Below are positions 10,981 to 24,434 of a stretch of 32,000 nucleotides of DNA, one piece after another. Under the pieces are notes generated by a model. That model was not told the DNA's origin. It worked only from the letters and a program-made list of their open reading frames with translations, and made no database searches. Origin of the DNA: Dickeya solani IPO 2222 (GTDB lineage Bacteria > Pseudomonadota > Gammaproteobacteria > Enterobacterales > Enterobacteriaceae); contig NZ_CP015137.1 in the NCBI RefSeq assembly GCF_001644705.1, forward strand, positions 2,430,001 through 2,462,000, in the 5' to 3' direction. The first letter of the stretch is position 1; the number at the start of each line of letters is the position of its first letter. The position numbers were made by a program, and so were the translations under genes.

Positions 10981-12054
10981 ATGACTGATCTGAAAAACGA
11001 TCGCTATTTGCGTGCGCTGTTGCGCCAGCCTGTGGATGTCACCCCGGTATGGATGATGCGTCAGGCGGGGCGTTACCTGCCAGAATACCGCGCGACCCGT
11101 TCGCAAGCCGGCGATTTTATGTCGCTGTGCAAGAATGCCGAACTGGCCTGCGAAGTCACGTTACAGCCGCTTCGACGTTACAACCTTGATGCCGCCATCC
11201 TGTTTTCCGATATTCTCACCGTGCCGGACGCTATGGGGCTGGGGCTGTATTTTGAAGCCGGCGAAGGGCCGCGTTTCACCTCGCCGGTCACCTGCCATGC
11301 CGACGTGGAAAAACTGCCGGTGCCGGACCCGGAGCAGGAACTGGGCTACGTAATGAACGCGGTGCGGACGATTCGCCGTAACCTGGCGGGCGCAGTGCCG
11401 CTGATCGGTTTTTCCGGCAGCCCGTGGACGCTAGCGACCTATATGGTGGAAGGCGGTAGCAGCAAAGCGTTCACCGTGATCAAGAAGATGATGTTTGCCG
11501 AGCCGCGCACGCTGCATCTGTTGCTGGACAAACTGGCGGACAGCGTGACGCTCTACCTTAATGCCCAGATTCGGGCCGGCGCGCAGGCGGTGATGATTTT
11601 CGACACCTGGGGCGGTGCGTTGAGCGGCGCCGATTACCGCGAATTCTCGCTGCATTACATGCACAAGATTGTCGATGGTCTGCTGCGAGAAAACGACGGT
11701 CGCCGGGTGCCGGTGACGCTGTTCACCAAAGGCGGCGGCCAGTGGCTGGAAGCGATGGCGGATACTGGCTGCGACGCGCTGGGACTGGACTGGACCACCG
11801 ACATTGCCGACGCGCGTCGTCGCGTTGGCGATCGCGTGGCGTTGCAGGGCAACATGGACCCGTCGATGCTGTATGCGCCGCCAGTCCGTATTGAGCAGGA
11901 AGTCGCCACCATTCTGGCCGGGTTTGGCGCCGGCAATGGTCATGTATTTAACCTGGGTCACGGTATTCACCAGGATGTGCCGCCGGAGCATGCCGGCGCT
12001 TTCGTCGAGGCGGTGCACCGCTTATCCGCGCCGTATCATCAGGACCTCGCCTGA
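10981..12054 (+). CDS. hemE: Uroporphyrinogen decarboxylase HemE
   Basis: [36 protein letters not shown]... gives 357 aa. AAGGA lies upstream of the ATG at 10981. The track start at 10948 is an extension. Confidence 0.95.
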   Translation: MTDLKNDRYLRALLRQPVDVTPVWMMRQAGRYLPEYRATRSQAGDFMSLCKNAELACEVTLQPLRRYNLDAAILFSDILTVPDAMGLGLYFEAGEGPRFTSPVTCHADVEKLPVPDPEQELGYVMNAVRTIRRNLAGAVPLIGFSGSPWTLATYMVEGGSSKAFTVIKKMMFAEPRTLHLLLDKLADSVTLYLNAQIRAGAQAVMIFDTWGGALSGADYREFSLHYMHKIVDGLLRENDGRRVPVTLFTKGGGQWLEAMADTGCDALGLDWTTDIADARRRVGDRVALQGNMDPSMLYAPPVRIEQEVATILAGFGAGNGHVFNLGHGIHQDVPPEHAGAFVEAVHRLSAPYHQDLA

Positions 12055-12728
12055 TGGATATGCAGGCGCTGCGCGAAGAGCAACGTGACAAAGCCGTTCA
12101 GGTGATTCGTCACGACGATGTGCCTTTTGAGCAACCGACGCTAATTGCCGGCGCCGATGTCGGTTTCGAGCAGGACGGCGCGGTAACCCGCGCTGCGCTG
12201 GCCGTGCTGGCCTATCCGTCGTTGCAACTGGTGGAATACCAGATTGCGCGTATTCCGACTATCATGCCTTATATCCCCGGTTTCCTGTCGTTTCGCGAAT
12301 ATCCGGCTCTGCTGGCGGCGTGGGAACAGTTGCAACACCGGCCGGATTTGCTGTTTGTTGACGGGCATGGCGTGTCTCATCCCCGCCGTTTGGGCGTCGC
12401 CAGTCATTTTGGTTTGCTGGTCAACGTGCCGACTATCGGCGTCGCCAAGCGCCGCCTGTGCGGGCAGTTTGCGCCGCTGGAGGACGCCGTCGGTAGCCGT
12501 CAGCCGTTGCTGGACCGGGACGAGCCGATCGGCTGGGTATGGCGCAGCAAGGCCCGTTGCAATCCGCTGTTTGTCTCCACCGGCCACCGTATCGGTATGG
12601 ACAGCGCGCTGCAGTGGGTGATGCGTTGCATGAACGGGTATCGCCTGCCTGAACCAACCCGTTGGGCGGATGCGGTGGCATCCAACCGTACGGCGTTTCA
12701 GCGCTGGCAACGTCAGGCCGGCTTGTAG
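12054..12728 (+). CDS. nfi: Endonuclease V
   Basis: 224 aa with [24 protein letters not shown] and [18 protein letters not shown], collinear with E. coli Nfi. The ATG overlaps the hemE TGA by 1 nt. Confidence 0.95.
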   Translation: MDMQALREEQRDKAVQVIRHDDVPFEQPTLIAGADVGFEQDGAVTRAALAVLAYPSLQLVEYQIARIPTIMPYIPGFLSFREYPALLAAWEQLQHRPDLLFVDGHGVSHPRRLGVASHFGLLVNVPTIGVAKRRLCGQFAPLEDAVGSRQPLLDRDEPIGWVWRSKARCNPLFVSTGHRIGMDSALQWVMRCMNGYRLPEPTRWADAVASNRTAFQRWQRQAGL

Positions 12729-12819
12729 GATAATGCCGGGCAGGAAACTTTAGGAATTCAGGTATATGGCGGTTTGGCGATTTTCGTTACACTGCCGCCC
12801 ATTATTATTGAGATAAACG

Positions 12820-13410
12820 ATGTTACGTAACCCCATTCATTTGCGTCTGGAAAAGCTGGCAAGCTGGCAGCATGTCACCTTTATGGCCTGTCTTTGTGAA
12901 CGTATGTACCCCAACTACCATGAGTTTTGTCAGCAAACGGGTTTTGGGGATGCGCAGCTTTACCGGCGCATACTGGATCTGGTGTGGGAAACACTGGTGG
13001 TCAAAGATGCCAAGGTCAATTTCGACAGTCAGTTGGAAAAGCTGGAAGACGCGATTCCCGCCGCGGACGATTACGACATTTATGGCGTATACCCGGCCAT
13101 TGACGCGTGCGTTGCTTTGAGCGAACTGCTGCATTCGCGTTTGAGCGGTGAAACGCTGGAGCACGCGGTCACCATCAGCGAAACCTCGATCCGTACCGTG
13201 GCGATGCTGGAGATGACGCAGGCGGGTCGGGAAATGACCGATGAAGAACTGAAGGTTGTGCCTGCCGTTGAAGAAGAATGGGACATCCAGTGGGAGATTT
13301 TCCGCCTGCTGGCCGACAGCGAAGAACGCGACGTTGAGCTGATAAAAGGCCTGCGCGCCGACCTGCGCGAGAGCGGAATTAGTAACATTGGGATAAATTT
13401 GTATCAATAA
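12820..13410 (+). CDS. yjaG: DUF416 family protein YjaG
   Basis: 196 aa: MLRNPIHLRLEKLASWQHVTFMACLCERMYPNY..., near-identical in long stretches to E. coli YjaG. Confidence 0.9.
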   Translation: MLRNPIHLRLEKLASWQHVTFMACLCERMYPNYHEFCQQTGFGDAQLYRRILDLVWETLVVKDAKVNFDSQLEKLEDAIPAADDYDIYGVYPAIDACVALSELLHSRLSGETLEHAVTISETSIRTVAMLEMTQAGREMTDEELKVVPAVEEEWDIQWEIFRLLADSEERDVELIKGLRADLRESGISNIGINLYQ

Positions 13411-13428
13411 CGCGATAAAACGTGATTT

Positions 13429-13456
13429 AAGGCCTGAAATGGCCTGTCTTTAGGCT
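13429..13456 (+). terminator. Weak hairpin plus short T-run after yjaG
   Basis: AGGCC-TGAAAT-GGCCT followed by GTCTTTAGG. The stem is only 5 bp. Confidence 0.3.
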
Positions 13457-13597
13457 TCACATCCGCACCCTGTCTGGTCTACATTTGGGGGGCGTAATAA
13501 AAGTGGCTGTCGGTGCGTGTATGCAGGAGGGTGCTGTTATGGCATTTCCGTCGCACTCGATGCTTAGCAAGCGATAAACACACTGTAAGGATAACTT

Positions 13598-13870
13598 ATG
13601 AATAAGACTCAACTGATTGATGTAATTGCTGACAAAGCTGACCTTTCCAAGACCCAGGCTAAAGCTGCCCTGGAAGCTACTCTGGCAGCAATCACGGAGT
13701 CTCTGAAAGAAGGTGATGCAGTACAATTAGTTGGTTTTGGCACTTTCAAAGTCAATCATCGTAACGAGCGCACAGGCCGCAACCCGCAGACTGGTAAAGA
13801 AATCAAAATTGCTGCCGCTAACGTGCCTGCGTTTGTGTCCGGTAAGGCATTGAAAGACGCTGTCAAATAA
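13598..13870 (+). CDS. hupA: Nucleoid protein HU alpha subunit
   Basis: The 90-aa sequence [26 protein letters not shown]...[31 protein letters not shown] is the HupA sequence pattern. AAGGA SD. Confidence 0.97.
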   Translation: MNKTQLIDVIADKADLSKTQAKAALEATLAAITESLKEGDAVQLVGFGTFKVNHRNERTGRNPQTGKEIKIAAANVPAFVSGKALKDAVK

Positions 13871-13874
13871 GCGC

Positions 13875-14585
13875 ATGCTGATACAAGGTTTAAGCAGAGG
13901 GGCGATTTCGCCCCTTTTGCTTTTTTTCAGGCGGCACATCCGCTTTGCCGCTCCGGCACTGGTGTGCTGGCTGAGCGCCTGTAGCTCTTCTACGCCGCCG
14001 CCCGCCGTGTACGCCAGCGGCTACCTGGCCGATAGCGGCGTGGTGCGGTTGTGGCGTAAAGACGACGCGCAGCAACATCTCACTACACTGGTGACAGCCC
14101 TCAGTCCGCTACAAGGAAAGGAAGCCCGGATTACCCGTTACCGCTTCCAGCAGGGCGCGTTGCGTGAGGTCCAGCAGACCCATTCCTCGTCGGCGCGGGA
14201 AGAAGTCAGACTGCGTTTTGATCAAGCGGGAACTGTCAGTTACATGCAGCGCCAGTTGCCGGACCGGCGTGAGTCGCTGTCGGAAGACGAAATCGCGCTG
14301 TTCCAGTTCGATGCCCGGCGCTTGCTGGAACTGAGTGATTCCCTGCGCGCGGGTAAGGTATCACTGATGCAGGGGCGCTGGAATTCAGGGCAGGTGACCA
14401 CGTGCGATGGACAATCGGTACGCCCGGATCTGGACCGCGCTTCGCTGACCTGGATTGCACAGCGCGCCGAACGCGCCGCCGGACCGCTCAACGTTGCCTG
14501 GCTGGTGTCGCCGGAAGGCACGCAATTGTTGCAGGTGGCAGAGACGGATTTTTGCCGTTGGGAACCAACAGCCGAGGCGTGGTAG
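13875..14585 (+). CDS. yjaH: DUF1481 lipoprotein YjaH
   Basis: 236-aa ORF. It has a positively charged n-region (RRHIR), an h-region and the lipobox LSAC. Its position after hupA matches E. coli. No alternative in-frame start exists between the terminator and the signal peptide. Confidence 0.75.
   Translation: MLIQGLSRGAISPLLLFFRRHIRFAAPALVCWLSACSSSTPPPAVYASGYLADSGVVRLWRKDDAQQHLTTLVTALSPLQGKEARITRYRFQQGALREVQQTHSSSAREEVRLRFDQAGTVSYMQRQLPDRRESLSEDEIALFQFDARRLLELSDSLRAGKVSLMQGRWNSGQVTTCDGQSVRPDLDRASLTWIAQRAERAAGPLNVAWLVSPEGTQLLQVAETDFCRWEPTAEAW
13899..13927 (+). terminator. Rho-independent terminator of hupA
   Basis: GGGGCG-ATTT-CGCCCC followed by TTTTGCTTTTTTT. Confidence 0.85.
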
Positions 14586-14671
14586 TCAGGGAAGAAGATG
14601 AGCGGGGTAAAACAAGAAAGGAGGGGCCAGCCTTTGAGGCATGACCCCTTGTTGCGACCTGAGCGTTATCG

Positions 14672-15961
14672 TCAGATTTTCTGCTCGCGTGCGATGGCGC
14701 GATAGCCAATGTCGCTGCGGCAGAAGCTGCCTTCCCAACTAATGGGTTTGGCCAGCTCGTAGGCGCGTTGCTGCGCTTCGGCTACGCTGTGACCCAGCGC
14801 CGTCACGCACAACACCCGACCGCCGTTGGTCACCACGTCGTCGCCATTCAGTTGGGTGCCGGCATGGAACACCTTGCCATCGGTTGCATCCTGCGTCGGC
14901 AGCCCCGAAATCACGTCGCCGTTACGGTAATCGGCCGGGTAGCCGCCCGCCGCCAGCACCACGCCCAGTGACGGGCGCGCGTCCCAGTCAGAGGTTTTCT
15001 CATCCAGTTTGCCGTCGCAAGCCGCCAGACACAGTTCTACCAGATCGGATTTCAGACGCAGCATGATCGGCTGGGTTTCCGGATCGCCGAAACGGCAGTT
15101 GAATTCGATCACCTTCGGCTGACCGTCCGGGGAAATCATCAGTCCCGCGTACAGAAATCCGGTATAGACATTGCCTTCGGCCGCCATGCCTCGCACGGTT
15201 GGCCAAATAATCTGGTCCATCACCCGCTGGTGAACGTCATCCGTCACCACCGGCGCGGGCGAATAAGCGCCCATACCGCCGGTATTCGGGCCGGTGTCTT
15301 TGTCGCCCACGCGTTTGTGATCCTGGCTGGTTGCCATCGGCAGCACGTGCTCGCCATCCACCATCACGATGAAACTGGCTTCTTCGCCGTCCAGAAACTC
15401 TTCGACCACGATACGGTGACCGGCATCGCCAAATGCATTACCCGCCAGCATGTCGGTGGCGGCGTTTTCCGCTTCCTCCAGCGTCATGGCGACAATCACG
15501 CCTTTACCGGCGGCCAGACCGTCCGCCTTGATGACGATAGGCGCACCTTTGCGGCGGATATAGGCCAGCGCCGGTTCGATGTCGGTGAAGTTCTGGTATT
15601 CCGCCGTCGGAATATGCTGGCGGGCCAGGAAATCCTTGGTAAAGGCTTTGGAGCCTTCCAACTGGGCGGCCGCTTGCGTCGGGCCGAAAATCTTCAGACC
15701 GGCGGCGCGAAAGGCGTCGACCACGCCAATCACCAGCGGCGCTTCCGGGCCGACGATGGTCAGGCCGATGGCGTTCTGGCGGGCGAAGTCCAGCAGCGCC
15801 GGGATGTCGGTCGCGGCGATATTGACGTTCTCCAGCGCCGGCTCCAGCGCAGTGCCGGCATTACCCGGCGCAACGTAGACCTTGTCGGCCAGTGGAGACT
15901 GGGTGGCTTTCCAGGCCAGCGCGTGCTCGCGGCCGCCATTACCAATAATCAAGATATTCAT
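14672..15961 (-). CDS. purD: Phosphoribosylamine-glycine ligase PurD
   Basis: MNILIIGNGGREHALAWK... gives 429 aa, as in E. coli PurD. GGAG lies 8 nt upstream of the ATG at 15961. The track start at 15967 is too close to the SD. Confidence 0.95.
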   Translation of the reverse strand: MNILIIGNGGREHALAWKATQSPLADKVYVAPGNAGTALEPALENVNIAATDIPALLDFARQNAIGLTIVGPEAPLVIGVVDAFRAAGLKIFGPTQAAAQLEGSKAFTKDFLARQHIPTAEYQNFTDIEPALAYIRRKGAPIVIKADGLAAGKGVIVAMTLEEAENAATDMLAGNAFGDAGHRIVVEEFLDGEEASFIVMVDGEHVLPMATSQDHKRVGDKDTGPNTGGMGAYSPAPVVTDDVHQRVMDQIIWPTVRGMAAEGNVYTGFLYAGLMISPDGQPKVIEFNCRFGDPETQPIMLRLKSDLVELCLAACDGKLDEKTSDWDARPSLGVVLAAGGYPADYRNGDVISGLPTQDATDGKVFHAGTQLNGDDVVTNGGRVLCVTALGHSVAEAQQRAYELAKPISWEGSFCRSDIGYRAIAREQKI

Positions 15962-15976
15962 CGTCATAACTCCGGA

Positions 15977-17566
15977 TTAGTGACGGAAGTGGCGCATGTC
16001 GGTAAACAGCATCGCGATGCCGTGTTCGTTGGCTGCCGCAATGACTTCATCATCGCGAATGGAGCCGCCCGGCTGAATTACGCAGGTGATGCCTACGGCC
16101 GCCGCCGCGTCGATACCGTCACGGAACGGGAAGAAGGCGTCGGATGCCATAACGGAACCGTTGACTTCCAGCCCTTCGTCACCGGCCTTGATGCCGGCGA
16201 TCTTGGCAGAGTAAACACGGCTCATCTGACCGGCACCGATACCGATGGTCATGTTGTCGCGCGCATAAACAATGGCGTTGGATTTAACGAATTTCGCTAC
16301 CTTCCAGCAGAACAACGCATCGCGCAGCTCGGCTTCAGTCGGCTGGCGCTCGGTGACCACGCGCAACTGGGCGGCTTCTACCATGCCGAGATCGCGATCC
16401 TGCACCAGCAGGCCGCCGTTGACGCGTTTGAAATCCAGCCCTGAAGCGCGCTGTTGCCACTGGCCGCAGGTCAGTACGCGTACGTTTTGTTTGGCGGCGG
16501 TGGCTTTCAGCGCCGCTTCGCTGGCGGAAGGGGCAATGATCACTTCCACGAACTGACGGCTGATAATGGCTTGCGCGGTGGCTTCGTCCAGTTCGCGGTT
16601 AAAGGCGATGATGCCGCCGAACGCCGAGGTTGGATCGGTTTTGTAGGCGCGTTCATAAGCGTCCAGAATCGAGCCACCAATCGCCACGCCGCATGGGTTG
16701 GCGTGCTTGACGATCACGCAGGCCGGTTCGGCAAATTCTTTCACGCACTCCAGTGCGGCGTCGGTATCGGCGATGTTGTTATAGGAAAGGGCTTTGCCCT
16801 GCAACTGCTGCGCGGTGGCTACCGATGCCTCAGCGACTTTCTCTTCTATATAGAAAGCGGCCTGCTGGTGGCTGTTCTCACCGTAACGCATATCCTGCTT
16901 CTTGATGAAATTCAGGTTCAGCGTGCGCGGGAAGTGGCCGGACGGCTGGGTGGTATCGCCGTGATAGGCCGGAACCTTACTGCCAAAGTAGTTGGCGATC
17001 ATGCTGTCGTAAGCAGCGGTGTGTTCGAATGCTTTGATTGCCAGATCAAAACGGGTTTCGTAAGTCAGGGAGCCTGCGTTGGCGTCCATCTCGGTGATGA
17101 TAGCCGTGTAGTCGCTGCTTTTAACCACGATAGCCACGTCGTTGTGGTTCTTGGCTGCGGAACGGACCATCGTCGGGCCGCCGATATCGATATTTTCTAC
17201 GGCGTCTTCCAGTGTGCAGTCGGCTTTGGCGACGGTCTGGGCGAACGGGTAGAGATTAACGACCACCATGTCGATCGGCTGGATGTGGTGTTGGGCCATG
17301 ATGGCATCATCCTGACCGCGGCGGCCCAGAATACCGCCATGCACTTTGGGATGCAGGGTTTTGACGCGTCCGTCCATCATTTCCGGAAAACCGGTGTAAT
17401 CCGAGACTTCTGTCACCGGCAGGCCGGCGTCGGCCAGCAGGCGTGCAGTGCCGCCGGTAGAGAGCAGGTCAATGCCTCGTTGTGACAGCGCCTGGGCGAA
17501 TTCGACGATACCGGCTTTGTCAGATACGCTGAGCAAAGCACGACGGATAGGACGACGTTGTTGCAT
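15977..17566 (-). CDS. purH: Bifunctional AICAR transformylase / IMP cyclohydrolase PurH
   Basis: 529 aa, [27 protein letters not shown]... to ...FTDMRHFRH. Same length as and collinear with E. coli PurH. Confidence 0.97.
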   Translation of the reverse strand: MQQRRPIRRALLSVSDKAGIVEFAQALSQRGIDLLSTGGTARLLADAGLPVTEVSDYTGFPEMMDGRVKTLHPKVHGGILGRRGQDDAIMAQHHIQPIDMVVVNLYPFAQTVAKADCTLEDAVENIDIGGPTMVRSAAKNHNDVAIVVKSSDYTAIITEMDANAGSLTYETRFDLAIKAFEHTAAYDSMIANYFGSKVPAYHGDTTQPSGHFPRTLNLNFIKKQDMRYGENSHQQAAFYIEEKVAEASVATAQQLQGKALSYNNIADTDAALECVKEFAEPACVIVKHANPCGVAIGGSILDAYERAYKTDPTSAFGGIIAFNRELDEATAQAIISRQFVEVIIAPSASEAALKATAAKQNVRVLTCGQWQQRASGLDFKRVNGGLLVQDRDLGMVEAAQLRVVTERQPTEAELRDALFCWKVAKFVKSNAIVYARDNMTIGIGAGQMSRVYSAKIAGIKAGDEGLEVNGSVMASDAFFPFRDGIDAAAAVGITCVIQPGGSIRDDEVIAAANEHGIAMLFTDMRHFRH

Positions 17567-17712
17567 GATGGTTTGATCCCTTGACTTAGGTTCTTACTTT
17601 AAAGAGCGTTACGTGAATAGTGGCGATCACATAAAGAAAAATACGGATTGAGTCACCGATATTCAGCTAACGCGCTCACGGATACGCGTCATTTATCAGG
17701 GGGGGAATTGTA

Positions 17713-17728
17713 GCGAAAACGTTTGCGT
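17713..17728 (-). promoter_or_regulatory. PurR operator (PUR box) upstream of purHD
   Basis: The minus strand reads ACGCAAACGTTTTCGC, a 14/16 match to the palindromic PUR box ACGCAAACGTTTGCGT. It is immediately followed by a -10-like TACAAT (17712-17707). Confidence 0.7.
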
Positions 17729-17845
17729 GATGCTCGCCAAATTTCAAAAAATGCCTAAGTTGTGGATAACTCTGTGCAAAATAAGGTATAAGCGGTGCTT
17801 TTGCTGTGGAATGCAGCGAACGCGCGATTTAATCAAAAATACCGG

Positions 17846-17873
17846 TTGCGGCCTGCGAGGAACTCCCTATAAT
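17846..17873 (+). promoter_or_regulatory. rrn P1 promoter
   Basis: TTGCGG-N16-TATAAT followed by the GC discriminator GCGCC. An AT-rich UP-like tract (TTTAATCAAAAATA) lies upstream. The region ...AACTCCCTATAATGCGCCTCCACTG is almost identical to E. coli rrn P1. Confidence 0.8.
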
Positions 17874-17943
17874 GCGCCTCCACTGACACGGCAACAGCGG
17901 AAACGCAGCGCGGTGTCAGGCAGGGAAAACGAGAAAAAAGTCG

Positions 17944-17971
17944 TTGACTCTGCAGGAGGAAAGCGTAGTAT
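17944..17971 (+). promoter_or_regulatory. rrn P2 promoter
   Basis: TTGACT-N16-TAGTAT, about 100 bp downstream of P1. Position and -35 match E. coli rrn P2. Confidence 0.65.
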
Positions 17972-18010
17972 ACGCCACCTCGCGACAGCAGGCTGCAAGC
18001 CGGTCGCACC

Positions 18011-18022
18011 GCTCTTTAACAA
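18011..18022 (+). promoter_or_regulatory. Leader boxA antitermination element
   Basis: GCTCTTTAACAA followed by ...CAGACAATCTGTGTGGGCACTCG (boxC-like). Collinear with the E. coli rrn leader. Confidence 0.8.
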
Positions 18023-18165
18023 TCAATCAGACAATCTGTGTGGGCACTCGCAGGACACTTCACTAAAAAATTATGTGAAAGTCTTGAAGAGTGACAACAG
18101 TTAATTCATATGAACTAACAGTAAATTCTTTGAGCACCGCTTCTTCGGAAGCAGCATCAAACTTT

Positions 18166-19707
<1,542 letters not shown>

Positions 19708-19793
19708 CCGAGTTGAAGTGCCTGCGTGGTGTCCACACAGATTGTCTGATGATAAGAAAGAGTCAAAAGCGTCTTGCGAAGCTGACAAGTGAT

Positions 19794-19869
19794 GTCCCCT
19801 TCGTCTAGAGGCCCAGGACACCGCCCTTTCACGGCGGTAACAGGGGTTCGAATCCCCTAGGGGACGCCA
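19794..19869 (+). tRNA. tRNA-Glu (anticodon UUC) in the 16S-23S spacer
   Basis: GTCCCCTTCGTCTAGAGGCCCAGGACACCGCCCTTTCACGGCGGTAACAGGGGTTCGAATCCCCTAGGGGACGCCA. It is 76 nt with an encoded CCA and is identical to E. coli tRNA-Glu as I recall it. Confidence 0.97.
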
Positions 19870-19945
19870 ATATGACTGACGGTGGGTGAAAGGCACGGTC
19901 AACGCTAACCTAAAACTGATTAGAGATAGTCAGGTTTATGTTATC

Positions 19946-19958
19946 TGCTCTTTAACAA
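19946..19958 (+). promoter_or_regulatory. Spacer boxA antitermination element
   Basis: TGCTCTTTAACAA is an exact boxA consensus, located between the tRNA-Glu and the 23S rRNA. Confidence 0.8.
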
Positions 19959-20063
19959 TCCGGAACAAGCTGAATAATTTGAAACGACGGCATGCAAGCG
20001 TGAGTTTGTGTGCTGGTCGAGTCTCTCAATATACCCGCATCCCGAGACACTTTCGGGTTGTGA

Positions 20064-22972
<2,909 letters not shown>

Positions 22973-23079
22973 ACAACACCGAAGGTGTTTTGGTGAGAGA
23001 GACGAAAGCGATTTGGCTTGTTCGAGGATTGGTTCCGGTGGTTGCACGAGAATGTGTAACGGTCGGAATGAAAAGAATT

Positions 23080-23199
23080 TGCCTGGCGGCGAGAGCGCGG
23101 TGGTCCCACCTGACCCCATGCCGAACTCAGAAGTGAAACGCCGTAGCGCCGATGGTAGTGTGGGGTCTCCCCATGCGAGAGTAGGGAACTGCCAGGCAT
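23080..23199 (+). rRNA. rrf: 5S ribosomal RNA
   Basis: TGCCTGGCGGC...GGGAACTGCCAGGCAT, 120 nt. Confidence 0.97.
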
Positions 23200-23210
23200 C
23201 ACCTAAGGAA

Positions 23211-23236
23211 CCCCCGGTTAACGCCGGGGGTTTTTT
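23211..23236 (+). terminator. rrn operon rho-independent terminator
   Basis: CCCCCGG-TTAACG-CCGGGGG followed by TTTTTT. Confidence 0.88.
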
Positions 23237-23352
23237 GCTATGGGGCGCAGGCGGATGGCCCGGCCCGCTCTCCTTCGGCCTGTATCGCTCTTCTGCGGCG
23301 TGCCTGTCTTTTTTATGCCTGTCGGGCGATAACTCCCCCACTCAATACGCGC

Positions 23353-23589
23353 TCAGTCTCCGGCAGAGCCGGTTCTTCTTCGCAGCCAGTCGCGGATAAA
23401 CGCGGCGATCTGCGCCGGCTGGTTGAGATCCAGACAGGGCAGGGCGAGGGTTAAGGGGGTATCGGTGGCCACGGCCAGCGTGTCGGCATCGACCAACGCC
23501 GTGGCATCACGCCCTGAACCATGACGGTAGAGCAGGATTTTATCGACTGGTTCGTGTTTGAAGCGTTCTGCCTGTTGATTCCAATACAT
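23353..23589 (-). CDS. Hypothetical 78-aa protein (uncertain gene)
   Basis: The ORF MYWNQQAERFKHEPVDKILLYRHGSGRDATALVDADTLAVATDTPLTLALPCLDLNQPAQIAAFIRDWLRRRTGSAGD has GC3-rich, host-like codon usage. There is no SD upstream, and only 28 nt separate its ATG from the upstream terminator. Confidence 0.3.
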   Translation of the reverse strand: MYWNQQAERFKHEPVDKILLYRHGSGRDATALVDADTLAVATDTPLTLALPCLDLNQPAQIAAFIRDWLRRRTGSAGD

Positions 23590-23616
23590 GGTATTCAGAG
23601 TAGAAGATTCAGGGCA

Positions 23617-23646
23617 TGAAAAAGGCCCGCTACAGTGAGCGGGCCT
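23617..23646 (-). terminator. Rho-independent terminator of the yhdWXYZ-like operon
   Basis: The minus strand reads AGGCCCGC-TCACTGTA-GCGGGCCT followed by TTTTTC, 19 nt after the ATPase stop codon. Confidence 0.8.
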
Positions 23647-23664
23647 GAGAGAAATTGGATGTGA

Positions 23665-24426
23665 TTAATGCAGTATCTGGGCCAGGAACGTCTGCGTGCG
23701 TTCTGAACGCGGGCGACTGAAGAAGATATCCGGCGGCGCTTGCTCGACGATCTCACCCTGATCCATAAAGATCACCCGGTTGGCTACCGTCCGGGCGAAG
23801 CCCATTTCATGGGTCACGCACAGCATGGTCATACCGTCTTCCGCCAAACCCAGCATGGTGTCCAGTACCTCTTTCACCATCTCCGGATCCAGCGCTGATG
23901 TCGGTTCGTCAAACAGCATAATTTTGGGTTTCATGCACAGTGAGCGGGCAATCGCGACACGCTGTTGCTGGCCGCCGGAAAGCTGACCGGGGTATTTATG
24001 GGCATGAGCGGCGATGCGCACTCGTTCCAGATAGTGCATCGCCAGCTCCTCCGCTTCTTTTTTCGGCATGTTGCGAACCCAGCTCGGCGCCAGCGTACAG
24101 TTCTGCAAAACAGTCAGATGCGGGAACAGGTTGAAATGCTGGAATACCATGCCCACTTCTGTTCTGATTTTTTCAATGTTGCGGCTATCGTGGTTAAGTT
24201 CGATGCCGTCTACCATGATGCGCCCTTGCTGATGTTCTTCCAGATGGTTAATACAGCGGATGGTGGTTGATTTACCGGAGCCTGATGGTCCGCACAGAAC
24301 AATACGTTCCCCCTGTTTGACCTGCAGGTTAATATTCTTCAGTACGTGGAACTGCCCATACCACTTATTCACGTTTTCCAGCGTGATCATGTAGTCGGAA
24401 GATGATGTTAACGTGTCCTGGTTCAT
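23665..24426 (-). CDS. yhdZ: General amino-acid ABC transporter ATP-binding protein (YhdZ/AapP-like)
   Basis: Walker [10 protein letters not shown], signature [13 protein letters not shown] and Walker [13 protein letters not shown]. It is near-identical over long blocks to E. coli YhdZ ([21 protein letters not shown]...). ATG at 24426 is preceded by GAGG; the track start at 24438 is a TTG. Confidence 0.92.
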   Translation of the reverse strand: MNQDTLTSSSDYMITLENVNKWYGQFHVLKNINLQVKQGERIVLCGPSGSGKSTTIRCINHLEEHQQGRIMVDGIELNHDSRNIEKIRTEVGMVFQHFNLFPHLTVLQNCTLAPSWVRNMPKKEAEELAMHYLERVRIAAHAHKYPGQLSGGQQQRVAIARSLCMKPKIMLFDEPTSALDPEMVKEVLDTMLGLAEDGMTMLCVTHEMGFARTVANRVIFMDQGEIVEQAPPDIFFSRPRSERTQTFLAQILH

Positions 24427-24434
24427 GGGTAACC

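Noticed and set aside
12823-13407. A 194-aa antisense ORF almost exactly co-extensive with yjaG.
   Set aside because: It has the same codon-register shadow effect. It terminates exactly at the single TTA codon (Leu2) of yjaG. The sense protein is a recognisable conserved YjaG, and the antisense product has no features.
14612-14652. An imperfect hairpin between yjaH and purD as a bidirectional terminator.
   Set aside because: The stem is interrupted by a 6-nt bulge and poor inner pairing, and there is no clear T-tract on either strand. It was too weak to call as a feature.
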